64,000 nt of DNA from Sneathiella sp. (GCA_036960695.1 JBALXM010000002.1:32642-96641), one strand, 5' to 3'; positions 47,576 to 58,037 are shown, counted from the first letter of the stretch. Made by a program: numbers and translations. Notes: generated by a model from the sequence alone, not told the origin.

Positions 47576-48291
47576 CAGGTTGGTACTTTCGCAAGGTTCA
47601 GGAATTCAGAAAATTGCCCGTAATCTTCATAGTGATCAATCACATGAGACGCGCCCGCCGCCTTCAACTTTGAAGGCGCGACCCAAGTAGAGACACCAAT
47701 AAAAGCGAGGTCCAGGATTCTCGCTGTCTCCACATCCCAAATGGCATCACCGATGGAGATAATTCTGTCAAATTTGTCGATTTGTTCTACGGCCGCAGCC
47801 GCAGCAATCGCAGATTTCACCAAAGTTAAACGATCCCCGTGGGTATCACCAAAGGCTGATGGGTGTAATGCCGCATCAAAGCCCAAAGTGGAGAGCTTGA
47901 ATGAGGAGGAGACACCCCAGCCACCGGATGCGAAGCAAATGCTCCAACCGTCCGTTTCCAGTAATTGGTTTACGGCATTGATACTTCCCTTAACGGGAGT
48001 GAATTTTTCAGGGGCCTCTTCATGGGCGGCTTTTATATATCCAAAGAACGTGTTCTTAATGTCAGTTACTTCAGCAACTGTTGCAGGGCGTCCATGGGTG
48101 CGCTCAAAAAATTCTGTATTGATCGCATGGTCTGTCATATGAGTGAAATTTCCCCAATGAGCATTGGTGAGTTCTGATCCCAAATGTTCAGCATGGGCGC
48201 GTTTGAACATGCTTTCATCATAACCCGCTGAATGCATAAGCGTGCCGTCAATATCAAAGACGACAAGGTTTTTAGAACCTGTTTGGCTCAT
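47575..48291 (-). CDS. HAD-family hydrolase/phosphatase
   Basis: VVFDIDGTL (DxD), ASGG, IGDAIWDVETA; overlaps both neighbours. Confidence 0.88.
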   Translation of the reverse strand: MSQTGSKNLVVFDIDGTLMHSAGYDESMFKRAHAEHLGSELTNAHWGNFTHMTDHAINTEFFERTHGRPATVAEVTDIKNTFFGYIKAAHEEAPEKFTPVKGSINAVNQLLETDGWSICFASGGWGVSSSFKLSTLGFDAALHPSAFGDTHGDRLTLVKSAIAAAAAVEQIDKFDRIISIGDAIWDVETARILDLAFIGVSTWVAPSKLKAAGASHVIDHYEDYGQFSEFLNLAKVPT

Positions 48292-49208
48292 TTGTTTTCT
48301 TCCAGTTCGAGTCTAATTTGATTGATGATTTCAGCGGCTTCACTTCCTTGAATTTTTGTAATGTCGTCTTGATATTTCAAGAGAACACCAAGGGTATCGT
48401 TGATCACATCAGGATCAAGGGAGATAACATTCAATTCTGTTAAAGCATTTGTCCAATCAAGGCTTTCAGCGATACCGGGCAATTTGAAAAGGCTCGGATC
48501 ACTTCTCAGTTTTTGAACAAAAGCCACAATTTGCGCGGAAAGGCGAGCATCAGCACCGGGGAGTTTACGGGAAATGATTTCTTTTTCACGTTCCGCATCA
48601 GGATAATCCACCCAATGATACAGACAGCGGCGTTTTAACGCGTCATGAATTTCCCGAGTTCTGTTGGATGTAATGATAACGATCGGTGGTTCTTCTGCCT
48701 TAATGGTTCCAATTTCCGGGATAGTGATTTGGAAATCTGACAGGACTTCCAATAAATAGGCTTCAAACGGCTCGTCTGTGCGATCTAGCTCATCGATCAG
48801 TAAAACCGGTGCTCCAGTTTTAGTGGGCTCAAGAGCATTGAGAAGGGGCCGCTTGATCAGGAATTTTTCAGAGAAAATATTGTCACTAAGGTCATCCTTA
48901 TTCGCTGTCTCCGTGGCCTCTGACAAACGAATTTCTATCATTTGCCGGGCATAGTTCCATTCATAAACAGCGGAAGAAATGTCCAGCCCTTCGTAACATT
49001 GAAGGCGGATAAGGGGGCGGTTAAGCTGCTCTGCCAGAACCTTGGCAATCTCTGTTTTACCAACGCCGGCTTCTCCTTCAAGGAAAAGGGGACGTCCCAT
49101 CTTTAAGGAGAGGAAAAGAATAGTCGCCAAGCTTCGGTCCGCAACATAATCAGCCCCTTTGAGGAGTTCATGAACGGCGTCGATGGAATTGGGTAGGGGA
49201 GTGGACAT
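48288..49208 (-). CDS. coxD: MoxR-family AAA+ ATPase CoxD
   Basis: LEGEAGVGKT, RLQCYEGLD, LLIDELDR, DALKRRC. Confidence 0.9.
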   Translation of the reverse strand: MSTPLPNSIDAVHELLKGADYVADRSLATILFLSLKMGRPLFLEGEAGVGKTEIAKVLAEQLNRPLIRLQCYEGLDISSAVYEWNYARQMIEIRLSEATETANKDDLSDNIFSEKFLIKRPLLNALEPTKTGAPVLLIDELDRTDEPFEAYLLEVLSDFQITIPEIGTIKAEEPPIVIITSNRTREIHDALKRRCLYHWVDYPDAEREKEIISRKLPGADARLSAQIVAFVQKLRSDPSLFKLPGIAESLDWTNALTELNVISLDPDVINDTLGVLLKYQDDITKIQGSEAAEIINQIRLELEENK

Positions 49209-49332
49209 AGGGGTAACTCTTCCTTGGATTTGAAGCCTTGGTGCAGGATAGGTTAATCTGCTGTGCGCCTTGCGTCAAAGTCGGTGTATCTACTATTTGC
49301 TATAATGATCGCCCCATCACATATAGCCAATT

Positions 49333-49363
49333 AAAAAAGAGGGAGAAGCAGTGCTTCTCCCTC
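49333..49363 (-). terminator. Rho-independent terminator between coxM and coxD
   Basis: GAGGGAGAAGC-AGT-GCTTCTCCCTC perfect 11-bp stem with an adjacent A6. Confidence 0.85.
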
Positions 49364-49385
49364 GAAGTCGTTTATCGGTAGAGCT

Positions 49386-50174
49386 TTATGACGCTGCGTT
49401 GACAGCACGGGCTGCCATTACAGAAATCAAATGCGCCCGATATTCGGCAGAGGCATGAATATCTGAGTTAAGACCGGATGTTTCGGTTTTAACGCCTGAT
49501 ACCGCGGAGCCTGCAAAGTTACTGTCCAGTGCCGCTTCCATATCTCCTTGACGGAAGACACAAGGTCCAGCACCTGTTACTGCAACGCGAGGACCGCCAG
49601 CACCATTCGCCACAAACACACCTACCAAAGCAAAGCGAGACGCCGGGTTAGGGAATTTCACATAAGCTGCTTTTTGCGGGATAGGAAATGTTACTTTGAC
49701 AACTAATTCATCTTCTTCCAATGCCGTCTCAAACAGATCAACAAAGAAAGTTTCCGCAGGTATTGAACGATTGTTCGTGTGAACAGTGGCATTCAGCGCG
49801 AGTAAAGCTGCAGGATAGTCGGCAGCCGGATCATTATTGGCAACTGATCCACCAATAGTGCCCCGGTTACGCACTTGAGCATCCCCGATGTTCGATGCCA
49901 AATCAGCCAAGGCTGGAATGGCGGAGCGAATATCTGCAGATGTAGCCACATCTGCATGAATTGTCATTGCGCCAATCGTGACCTCACTATCGGTTACTGA
50001 AATTCCTTTGAGATCGTCAATGGCAGACAGATCAATAAGTTTGTCAACTTGCGCAAGGCGAAGTTTCAGTGTTGGCAGCAAAGATTGACCACCAGCGAGG
50101 AACTTGTCGTCCTCCCCAACAGATCCCGTTGCATCACTCATCCCCGAAGGGCGTTCATAGTCAAATGAGTACAT
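49386..50174 (-). CDS. coxM: Mo-hydroxylase FAD subunit (CoxM-like)
   Basis: LAGGQSLLP, QVRNRGTIGGSVANNDPAAD, KFPNPASR. Confidence 0.9.
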   Translation of the reverse strand: MYSFDYERPSGMSDATGSVGEDDKFLAGGQSLLPTLKLRLAQVDKLIDLSAIDDLKGISVTDSEVTIGAMTIHADVATSADIRSAIPALADLASNIGDAQVRNRGTIGGSVANNDPAADYPAALLALNATVHTNNRSIPAETFFVDLFETALEEDELVVKVTFPIPQKAAYVKFPNPASRFALVGVFVANGAGGPRVAVTGAGPCVFRQGDMEAALDSNFAGSAVSGVKTETSGLNSDIHASAEYRAHLISVMAARAVNAAS

Positions 50175-50192
50175 GTTTTGTCTCCCTTCTTC

Positions 50193-52544
50193 TTAAGCGT
50201 TTTGCGCAGCGCGCCACACTTTTTCTGGTGTTGCAGGCATATCAATTTCTTTGCCCAGAGCATTGGTAATGGCATTCATCAATGCGGCCGGTGCCGCAAT
50301 GGCTCCCGCCTCTCCGCAACCTTTAACGCCAAGCGGGTTGCTTGGACACGGTGTGTTGGTGGTTGTCACATTGAAGTTTGGCAAATCATCTGCCCGTGGC
50401 ATGCAGTAATCCATGTAGGATCCAGTAAGCAACTGCCCACTGTCTTCGTCATAGATAACGCCTTCCAGCAACGCTTGACCGATGCCTTGTGCAACACCGC
50501 CATGAACTTGACCTTCCACAATCATTGGATTGATCACGTTGCCAAAATCATCAGCTGCAGCCCATTCAAGGATCTCAACAACCCCAGTTTCAGGATCGAT
50601 TTCAACTTCAGCAATATGCGTACCAGCAGGGAATGTGAAATTGAGAGGATCGTAGAAAGCATTTTCAGCAAGACCTGGTTCCAGATCAGCTGGATAGTTA
50701 TGAGGCACATATGCCGCAAAAGCAATTTCACCAATTGTCAGCTGTTTATCAGTACCGGCAACGGAGAAAACACCATGTGCATGTTCGATGTCGTCTTCAG
50801 ATGCTTCCATGAGATGAGCCGCAATCTTTTTAGCTTTCTCAATGATTTTATCGGCAGCTTTTACAATGGCAGAACCACCAACAGCTAAAGACCGTGATCC
50901 ATATGTTCCCATACCAAAGGGAACTTTGGTCGTATCTCCATGAACAACTTCTACACTTTCAAAGGGAACACCCAGTTGATCGGTAATAAGTTGTGCAAAT
51001 GTTGTCTCATGGCCTTGACCATGGCTGTGACTTCCAGTGAAGATAGTGACGGAACCCGTTGGATTAAAACGAACTTCTGCACTTTCCCAAAGGCCAACAC
51101 CGGCTCCTAGTGATCCGACAGCCGCTGACGGTGCGATACCGCAAGCTTCAATAAATGCTGCTGATCCGATTCCGCGTAGCATACCCTTTGCTGCAGATTT
51201 AGCTTTTCTGGCTTCAAAACCATCATAGTCAATCATACCCTTGGCCGTTCTCATGGTTAGGGGATAATCACCGGAATCATAGGTCATGATGACGGGGGTT
51301 TCATAAGGATAGGCATCAGGCTGAATGAAGTTTTGCATCCGAAGTTCAGTTGGATCAACATTCAAATCACGCGCTGCCCGCTCCATCATGCGCTCTACAA
51401 CGTAGGTCGCTTCTGGACGGCCTGCGCCGCGATAGGCATCTACTGGCGTTGTATTGGTGAAACCTGCTTGAACTTCAGCATAAATACACGGCATTTTATA
51501 TTGGCCGTTAAGCAACGTTGCATAAAGGTAGGTTGGGACAGCCGATGCAAAAGTGGACAGATAAGCGCCCATATTTGCTTTTGTAGACACTCGGAAACCA
51601 AGGATGTTGTTATCTGCATCAAAGGCCATTTCAGCATGAGTTGCATGGTCACGACCATGGGCATCCGTTAAAAAGGCTTCAGACCGATCAGATGTCCATT
51701 TAATAGGACGGCGCACTTTTTTTGAGGCCCAAATCGTCGTGGTTTCTTCGGCATACAAGAAGATTTTACTACCAAAACCACCACCAACATCCGGCGCGAT
51801 AACGCGAAGTTTGTTTTCTGGAGCAATGGCAACAAAGGCGGATAAAAGAAGTCTTGCCACATGCGGGTTTTGACTTGTTGTGTGAAGTGTATATTCACCC
51901 GTTCCTGCGTCATACTCACCAAGTGCAGACCGTGGCTCCATTGGATTTGGTGACAGGCGATTATTCACAAGGTCCATTTTTGTTATATGGGCAGCGTTTA
52001 CAAAAGCAGCGTCAACGGCAGCTTTATCACCAAGTTCCCAATCGTAGCACTGATTTCCCGGTGCTTCTACATGCACTTGCGGTGCACCATTGGCTAACGC
52101 TTTTTGAATGGAAGTTACAGATTGAAGCTCTTCATAGTCTACTTCAATCAGCTCTGCTGCATCTTTCGCTTGTTCTAGGCTTTCGGCGACAATAAAAGCA
52201 ACCTGATCACCGACATGTTTTACTGTATCTACCGCGAGGCAAGGGTGAGGCGGCGCGATGTGATCGCTTCCGTCTTTATTTTTGATTCCCCAACCGCAAA
52301 TTAGACCGCCAACACCATCGGCTGCCATATCTGCGCCGGTAAAAATATCGACCACACCGGAGGCTGCTTTTGCCGCATCTAGGTCAATGCTTTTAATTTT
52401 TGCAAATGCGTGCGGTGAACGGAGAAAATATCCATAAGTCTGGCCGTATTTATTAATATCGTCCAGATATTTACCGTTACCTGTAATAAACCTTTGATCT
52501 TCCTTCCGTCTAACGGAAGCACCAATTCCATTTTCTACTGACAT
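50193..52544 (-). CDS. coxL: Mo-hydroxylase large subunit, form II CoxL-like
   Basis: [18 protein letters not shown], active-site loop AYRGAGR (form II), KGCGEAG. Confidence 0.9.
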   Translation of the reverse strand: MSVENGIGASVRRKEDQRFITGNGKYLDDINKYGQTYGYFLRSPHAFAKIKSIDLDAAKAASGVVDIFTGADMAADGVGGLICGWGIKNKDGSDHIAPPHPCLAVDTVKHVGDQVAFIVAESLEQAKDAAELIEVDYEELQSVTSIQKALANGAPQVHVEAPGNQCYDWELGDKAAVDAAFVNAAHITKMDLVNNRLSPNPMEPRSALGEYDAGTGEYTLHTTSQNPHVARLLLSAFVAIAPENKLRVIAPDVGGGFGSKIFLYAEETTTIWASKKVRRPIKWTSDRSEAFLTDAHGRDHATHAEMAFDADNNILGFRVSTKANMGAYLSTFASAVPTYLYATLLNGQYKMPCIYAEVQAGFTNTTPVDAYRGAGRPEATYVVERMMERAARDLNVDPTELRMQNFIQPDAYPYETPVIMTYDSGDYPLTMRTAKGMIDYDGFEARKAKSAAKGMLRGIGSAAFIEACGIAPSAAVGSLGAGVGLWESAEVRFNPTGSVTIFTGSHSHGQGHETTFAQLITDQLGVPFESVEVVHGDTTKVPFGMGTYGSRSLAVGGSAIVKAADKIIEKAKKIAAHLMEASEDDIEHAHGVFSVAGTDKQLTIGEIAFAAYVPHNYPADLEPGLAENAFYDPLNFTFPAGTHIAEVEIDPETGVVEILEWAAADDFGNVINPMIVEGQVHGGVAQGIGQALLEGVIYDEDSGQLLTGSYMDYCMPRADDLPNFNVTTTNTPCPSNPLGVKGCGEAGAIAAPAALMNAITNALGKEIDMPATPEKVWRAAQNA

Positions 52545-52547
52545 AGC

Positions 52548-53015
52548 TCACCCTCCCATATTCTCCGACGCCGCTTTTACGGATTTAACAATGTTGTGGT
52601 AACCGGTACATCTACAGATGTTCCCTTCCAGTTCCGTTCTGATTGTCTCTTCGCTTGGGTTCGGATGACGCTTCAAAAGGTCAATAGAACTCATGATCAT
52701 GCCGGGCGTACAGAAGCCACATTGTAAACCATGATTTTCTTTGAAAGCTGCTTGCATCGGATGCAATTCGTCGCCTGATGCCAATCCTTCGATTGTCGTA
52801 ATCTCAGCACCTTCAGCTTGGACAGCTAACATTGTACAAGATTTTGCGCTGTTCCCGTTCACATGAACAGTGCAAGCACCACATTGGCTTGTATCGCAGC
52901 CGACATGAGTTCCGGTTAGGCGCAAGTTATCTCGGATGAACTGAACAAGAAGTGTATTGGGTTCCACGTTAGCAGAAACACTCTTTCCGTTCACCGTCAT
53001 TGAAACGGTTGTCAT
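52548..53015 (-). CDS. coxS: Mo-hydroxylase [2Fe-2S] subunit (CoxS-like)
   Basis: [24 protein letters not shown]. Confidence 0.93.
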   Translation of the reverse strand: MTTVSMTVNGKSVSANVEPNTLLVQFIRDNLRLTGTHVGCDTSQCGACTVHVNGNSAKSCTMLAVQAEGAEITTIEGLASGDELHPMQAAFKENHGLQCGFCTPGMIMSSIDLLKRHPNPSEETIRTELEGNICRCTGYHNIVKSVKAASENMGG

Positions 53016-53183
53016 TTTATTTTCCTCCCTAGCTCAAAAAACATTACCCATTAAATGGGCTGTCTTACTTTTTTTACTGCACTCTCCCCAGATTATGGAA
53101 AGAGAACAAGTACCCTTAATTTTAAGTGTTATCTTCTTTGTCTATATGGTCAAGAACATAAAGACACATTTTGATGAGTTGAC

Positions 53184-53846
53184 TTAACTGCCTTTAGTCA
53201 AAAAATACACAATCGCAACAGCCGCAATAGCAACAGGGATCAGAAATGATGGCTTCAACCAGCTTGACGTTGGCTCTTCACTAGTTTTTTCAACCACCGG
53301 GGCCGCAGCGGTTACAGCATCCGCAGTTGTTGTCGTCTCTTCTGGAGCCGCTTTTTCTTCGTTGATCACGGTATCTTCAATAATTGGGGTATCTTCTTCA
53401 GTTTGCGGGTCACTTACCAATTCATTGAACTTTGTAAAAAAATCACCGGCTAGCTTTTTGGCAGTGCTATCAATGAGCCGAGAGCCAATTTGCGCCATTT
53501 TCCCACCAACAGATGCCTTTACATTGTAGGAAAGGAGCGTACCGCCATCGACGTCACTGAGCTTTATATCCGCGCCGCCCTTACCAAAACCTGCAACACC
53601 GCCTTTACCTTCACCGGTAATGGTGTATCCGTTTGGCTCATCGATATTGCTCAAAGTCACTTGACCTTTAAAGGTCGCTTTTACAGGGCCAACTTTGATT
53701 TTTACAGTTGCTTTAAAAGACGTGTCGCTGTCTCTTTCAACTGTTTGGCACCCTGGAATGGCTTGTTTCAATAACTCCGGATCGTTCAAGGCTTTCCATA
53801 CGGCGCTCCGGGATGCATTGATTAACTCTTCGCCATTCATTTCCAT
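53184..53846 (-). CDS. coxG: CoxG (SRPBCC domain with C-terminal membrane anchor)
   Basis: VWKALNDPELLKQAIPGC, GGKMAQIGSRLID, acidic linker, C-terminal TM. Confidence 0.9.
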   Translation of the reverse strand: MEMNGEELINASRSAVWKALNDPELLKQAIPGCQTVERDSDTSFKATVKIKVGPVKATFKGQVTLSNIDEPNGYTITGEGKGGVAGFGKGGADIKLSDVDGGTLLSYNVKASVGGKMAQIGSRLIDSTAKKLAGDFFTKFNELVSDPQTEEDTPIIEDTVINEEKAAPEETTTTADAVTAAAPVVEKTSEEPTSSWLKPSFLIPVAIAAVAIVYFLTKGS

Positions 53847-54190
53847 AAGTATATCTCTAACTAATTTCTGTAGATCAAGGAATGTAACCCTACAAGATGA
53901 CCGGTAGTCACCGCAAGGCCGAAGACGACCTCTATATTCATTGATATGCTTTGTGTTACATTAGTAAAATATTAAACTTCAACTGCTTAGAATTTTACAG
54001 ATTGCTTTGAAGACATGTTGATAGAGGGTTTTATGGGATTGTATTTGTTAAAATATGGACGTTACTTTTCAGTATTTTTGCTTTCTATGCACTGTTTTAT
54101 TGGTCAAAAGTAATGCTCAAATAAAACGGACAACAAGTGATTATCCCCCCTACACGTCAAAGTTGCTAAGCGATGGCGGCGTCACAATGG
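53758..54190. repeat. Degenerate direct repeat, copy A (coxG 5' end + intergenic + SBP 5' remnant)
   Basis: Colinear with 57006-57432, including an identical 34-mer (53850-53883 = 57097-57130) and an identical 21-mer (54000-54020 = 57246-57266). Confidence 0.92.
54033..54190 (+). pseudogene. 5' fragment of the substrate-binding protein gene at 57279
   Basis: ATG 54033 with the same RBS context; a +1 frameshift near 54108, then SNAQIKRTTSDYPPYTS versus SNAQVKLTTSEYPPYTS; homology ends by ~54190. Confidence 0.85.
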
Positions 54191-54227
54191 CGGTTTTTCG
54201 GACAGATGTGCTTCTCAAATATTTAAA

Positions 54228-55079
54228 TCAAAATGTATTAGCGCGAGAAACCAGAAAATCGATAAAAATCCGCGTGCGCGTCGGGATATAAGCACGTGAA
54301 GGCATAACCAAATAAAGCGGTAACTCTGCCAAATTGATCGGAGAATTTATCTTGATCAGGTCTCCGACTTCGATTTCTTTCAGGCAGAGGTTTTCAGGGA
54401 GTAGCGCAACATATTGCGATGATAGAGCAATAGATTTGGCAAGCATGAAATTTTCAGTCTGAATAGAGGGGAAAGTATTCCCATAGACACTGCTTTTATT
54501 CAATATGTTAGCGGGATCCAAAACGTTTAGCTTGAGCAAATTTTTAGCCATTTTGGATGCTGGTTTATACCAATTAGGCGAAGCAAAAAAAGCCATTTTT
54601 CCAGACATGATTTTACGAACCACAAGTCCCGGTGTTCCGGGATCTCGACCGCGAAGAACTAAATCGTAATTATCGCCCACAAGATCGACAACCCCATCGC
54701 TGACATCGACTGTAAAAGTGATAGCGGGATGCTCTTCTTGAAACTTGCACAAGAGATCAGCTAGTGCAGCCTTTGGGAAATCTATAGGGACTGACATTCG
54801 AATGGGCCCAGTAGGTTCTATGGAAGATGCCAGTGCATCTTCTGCTTGTAAAAGGATATCCACTGCGTTCTCACAAGATGCGAAATATTGGCGACCTTCT
54901 TCGGTTAGTGAGACCGCCCGTGTTGTCCTGTGGAACAGTCTGACATTCAGTCTTTCTTCGAGTGCTTGAACCCGTGCTGTAACAGTTGTTCTGGGAAGTG
55001 ATAAGCGGCGGGCGGCTTTTGCAAAGCTGCTGAGGCGCGCTACCTCCAGAAAGGTTTGAATTTGCGAGAGATTATTCAT
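54228..55079 (-). CDS. LysR-family transcriptional regulator (CrgA/DmlR-like)
   Basis: FLEVARLSSFAKAARRL.LP.TTVT.RV..LEERL.VRLFHRTTR.V.LTEEG. Confidence 0.93.
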   Translation of the reverse strand: MNNLSQIQTFLEVARLSSFAKAARRLSLPRTTVTARVQALEERLNVRLFHRTTRAVSLTEEGRQYFASCENAVDILLQAEDALASSIEPTGPIRMSVPIDFPKAALADLLCKFQEEHPAITFTVDVSDGVVDLVGDNYDLVLRGRDPGTPGLVVRKIMSGKMAFFASPNWYKPASKMAKNLLKLNVLDPANILNKSSVYGNTFPSIQTENFMLAKSIALSSQYVALLPENLCLKEIEVGDLIKINSPINLAELPLYLVMPSRAYIPTRTRIFIDFLVSRANTF

Positions 55080-55186
55080 TGTGCGATTTTTTCAGACAAT
55101 TAATTCAAAAGTATCTGACTATATTGGATAATTAATCACCGATAAAGTTCTTCTTTAAGATAGGAACGACTAAAATCGGAGTATTT

Positions 55187-56104
55187 ATGAAAAAAGTGAA
55201 ATTAGTAAATGGTATGCTTGTTGGTATGGGTCTCTTTATGCTTGCCCTTGCTACGACCCCTTCACAAGCCACGTCAATAAAAGACAACCCATCGTTGGAC
55301 ATTACATGGCTTGGAGGACCAACAATGGTTCTAGAGTTTAATGGAGTTCGGTTGCTAACCGATCCAATTTTTGGCGAAGGGGATAAAGCCTTTTTAATGG
55401 GAGATCCAAACGAGATGTTTGATCTTAAGAAGGGCCCAAATGTTAAACATCATAAACGACTAACAAAGTTCCCAAAAGAAGAAGCTAGTCAGATAGATCA
55501 CTTAATTTTAAGTCACGCGCATGAAGATCATTTTGATCAGAAAGCGCAAAAAACACTCAGTAAAAATATACCGACAATTCTGGCTGTAGCGGATGCTGAA
55601 AAAGTAAAGGCAATGGGTTTTTTAAAGACAACGGCTATGGCTTGGGGAAAAAGCACGACCTTAAAAGCTGGAGATGGATCCATAACTATAACAGCTATTC
55701 CAGCCATGCATTCGGCTGATGAGGCTATCTCTTCAATTCTCGGGAAAGGAAATGGATATTGGTTTGAATTTAAGCAAGGGAATTGGCGTAAAACCGTCTA
55801 TTGGACAGGGGATAGTTTTCCAACTGAAAGTGTAAAGGCATCGCTTAAAAACTTTGGAAAACCAGATATCTTCATTCCGCATCTGGGTAAGGTGGGAACA
55901 AGTGGGCCACTCGGACAAATAAGTATGAGCGGTGCAGATGTCGCTTTGTGGGTTAATCAGCTCGAGCCTACAAAAATTTTACCAATTCATCATTCAAGCC
56001 TTGCCCTGTATTTAGAACCGATTGGAGAATTGGTAACGGCACTTAAGGGCAGTTCTGCGGGGCTCGATTTGATATCTGAAGGATCGACACTGCACTACCA
56101 CTGA
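55187..56104 (+). CDS. Secreted MBL-fold metallo-hydrolase
   Basis: Signal peptide, LLTDP, SHAHEDHFD (HxHxDH), PAMHS, WTGDS, PIHH. Confidence 0.88.
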   Translation: MKKVKLVNGMLVGMGLFMLALATTPSQATSIKDNPSLDITWLGGPTMVLEFNGVRLLTDPIFGEGDKAFLMGDPNEMFDLKKGPNVKHHKRLTKFPKEEASQIDHLILSHAHEDHFDQKAQKTLSKNIPTILAVADAEKVKAMGFLKTTAMAWGKSTTLKAGDGSITITAIPAMHSADEAISSILGKGNGYWFEFKQGNWRKTVYWTGDSFPTESVKASLKNFGKPDIFIPHLGKVGTSGPLGQISMSGADVALWVNQLEPTKILPIHHSSLALYLEPIGELVTALKGSSAGLDLISEGSTLHYH

Positions 56105-56221
56105 TCCGGAGACCTCACAAATGCTGGATGCGCTAAACAGTAAAACCATTGTGCATTCAGCGGAACTCCACCTAGTGTAGACTTGGCTTACTGTAGATTT
56201 ATCAAAAAAAGGACAAGAAAA

Positions 56222-56965
56222 ATGGTTCAATCTATTATCAGGCAAGACGAGGATGGCGTTGCAACTTTAATCCTTAATAGACCAGAAAAACTGAATGCTT
56301 TGAACGTCGAATTGTTTGAAGCATTAGATCAGCACATTGGAGATCTGGAAAAACAGACTGAGACTGTTGGGTGCGTTGTATTGCGTGGCGCAGGTAAATG
56401 TTTTTCAGCAGGGCATGATTTGAAAGATATTGGGGCCGGGGAGCATCTACCGCGGCCTAATTTTCAGGCCCACGTAATAGAACGTCTTGCCAATTTGCCG
56501 CAACCGGTCATAACCGCAGTTCACAGCCATTGTTATACTGGCGCGTTGGAACTGGCATTGGCAGGAGACATTATTCTGGCAAGTAGCAATGCAAAATTTG
56601 CTGATACCCATGCTAAATGGGCACTGACACCTGTATGGGGAATGAGCCAACGACTGCCAAGGCGAGTTGGTCAATCAAAAGCGGCTGAAATGATGCTGAC
56701 AGCGCGAACATATACGGCGGAGCAAGCGTTAGAAATGGGGCTTTGTAATGAAACTTGTCCAGACGAAGAGTTTGACGCGTTCATTAAGGCGTTCTGCAGT
56801 GAGATGCTCTCCAATTCTTGGTTTTCCTTATCTGCCAATAAAAAGTTGTTGAAGGACACTGATGGCCTGTCGTTAGAGGCAGGGCTTGCCCATGAAATTT
56901 ACCATGGGGCAGGGAGAGGACCCGATATGGCGGAGAGGATTAGCCAGTTTGGTAAAAGAAAATGA
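56222..56965 (+). CDS. Enoyl-CoA hydratase/isomerase family protein
   Basis: LNRPEKLNAL, FSAGHDLK, TGALELALAGD, FADTH, RLPRRVG. Confidence 0.9.
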   Translation: MVQSIIRQDEDGVATLILNRPEKLNALNVELFEALDQHIGDLEKQTETVGCVVLRGAGKCFSAGHDLKDIGAGEHLPRPNFQAHVIERLANLPQPVITAVHSHCYTGALELALAGDIILASSNAKFADTHAKWALTPVWGMSQRLPRRVGQSKAAEMMLTARTYTAEQALEMGLCNETCPDEEFDAFIKAFCSEMLSNSWFSLSANKKLLKDTDGLSLEAGLAHEIYHGAGRGPDMAERISQFGKRK

Positions 56966-57005
56966 CGAAATTTTAGACAGGAGCTCGGTGAAGCGTGCGG
57001 TCGTT

Positions 57006-57093
57006 ATGGCTTGTTTTAATAATTCCAGACCATCAAGGTGGTCCATGCGGCGCTCCGAAATGTATTGATTAACTCTTCGCCATTTATTTTCGT
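57006..57093 (-). pseudogene. Dead 5' fragment of coxG
   Basis: Start ATG changed to ACG; reads ..NGEELIN..RSA.W.. then frameshifts into a stop; aligns to 53758-53846. Confidence 0.8.
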
Positions 57094-57432
57094 AATTATA
57101 TCTCTAACTAATTTCTGTAGATCAAGGAATATAACACTACAAAATGGCCGTTAGTCCTGCAGGATAGAAGACGATCTCTATATTCATTAACAAACCTTGC
57201 ATTATATTAGTATAAAATTAATGTTCAGTTGCGTAAAATTTGACGGATTGCTTTGAAGACATGTTGGTAGGGGGTTCTATGCGACTATATTTCATAAAGT
57301 ATGCACTTTGTTTCTCGGTATTTTTATTCTCTGTTTACGGCCTTGTTAATCAAAGCAACGCTCAAGTAAAACTCACCACAAGTGAATACCCTCCGTACAC
57401 GTCACAATCGTTAAAGAATGGTGGAATCGCAA
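57006..57432. repeat. Degenerate direct repeat, copy B (coxG 5' remnant + intergenic + intact SBP 5' end)
   Basis: See copy A. Confidence 0.92.
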
Positions 57433-58037
57433 CGGATATCGTCCGTCAGGTTTTTAAAAAAATGGGAGAAGAAATTGAAGTGGATTTGCTTCCTTGGAAG
57501 CGAGGATACGAAGCAGTTGAAAAGGGGAATTATGTCGCAACCTATCCCCTTCTGAAAACAGCGGAGCGGGAAAATAAATTCCTATATAGTGACCCAATTA
57601 TTCTGTGGGAGAGCAAATTATTCGTGCATCGCGACACAAACATGAAATTTGAAGACTGGGAAGATTTAGAGGGACATGTAGAGTGCTTACCTTTGGGATT
57701 TGCAGCTATTCCTCAATTAAGAAAATTATATGTGAAAAAGAAGATCCATAGGGTTGTTCCCCGGGATTGCTGGAAAATGATTTTAAATGGTCGTGCAGAT
57801 TTCTTTGTTGAAGATGTCTTGGTTGGTGAAATTGTAAAGAAAAAAGCATTAGGGGCGGCTGCAAATCAAGTTATACCGCTAAAAAAAGCGGTTAGTCTAG
57901 ATTTTGGATATGTCGTCTTCCCAAAAAAGAGGAAGGATTCTGCCGAATTGGTTCAGCGCTTCAATAAGGCATTAAAGGAATTGATCCTAGCTGGTTCTTT
58001 GCAAAAAATAAGGCCACAGGAAGAAAACACGCATTAG
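57279..58037 (+). CDS. Periplasmic substrate-binding protein (family 3-like), stand-alone
   Basis: Signal peptide, EYPPY, PWKRG, ER..FLYSDP, GRADFF, FNKALKEL; no permease nearby. Confidence 0.85.
   Translation: MRLYFIKYALCFSVFLFSVYGLVNQSNAQVKLTTSEYPPYTSQSLKNGGIATDIVRQVFKKMGEEIEVDLLPWKRGYEAVEKGNYVATYPLLKTAERENKFLYSDPIILWESKLFVHRDTNMKFEDWEDLEGHVECLPLGFAAIPQLRKLYVKKKIHRVVPRDCWKMILNGRADFFVEDVLVGEIVKKKALGAAANQVIPLKKAVSLDFGYVVFPKKRKDSAELVQRFNKALKELILAGSLQKIRPQEENTH

Noticed and set aside
50178-50888. Long antisense ORFs (also 43550-44080, 4011-4493, 40940-41356 and many of 60-140 aa)
   Set aside because: They lie opposite well-supported genes and have no recognisable motifs or RBS; typical shadow frames.
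50193-52544. Calling the locus a true aerobic CO dehydrogenase
   Set aside because: The loop is AYRGAGR and the order is S-L-M, which is form II.
54055-54291. 78-aa ORF as a real gene
   Set aside because: It is the shifted frame of the SBP stub running into unrelated sequence and overlapping the lysR end.
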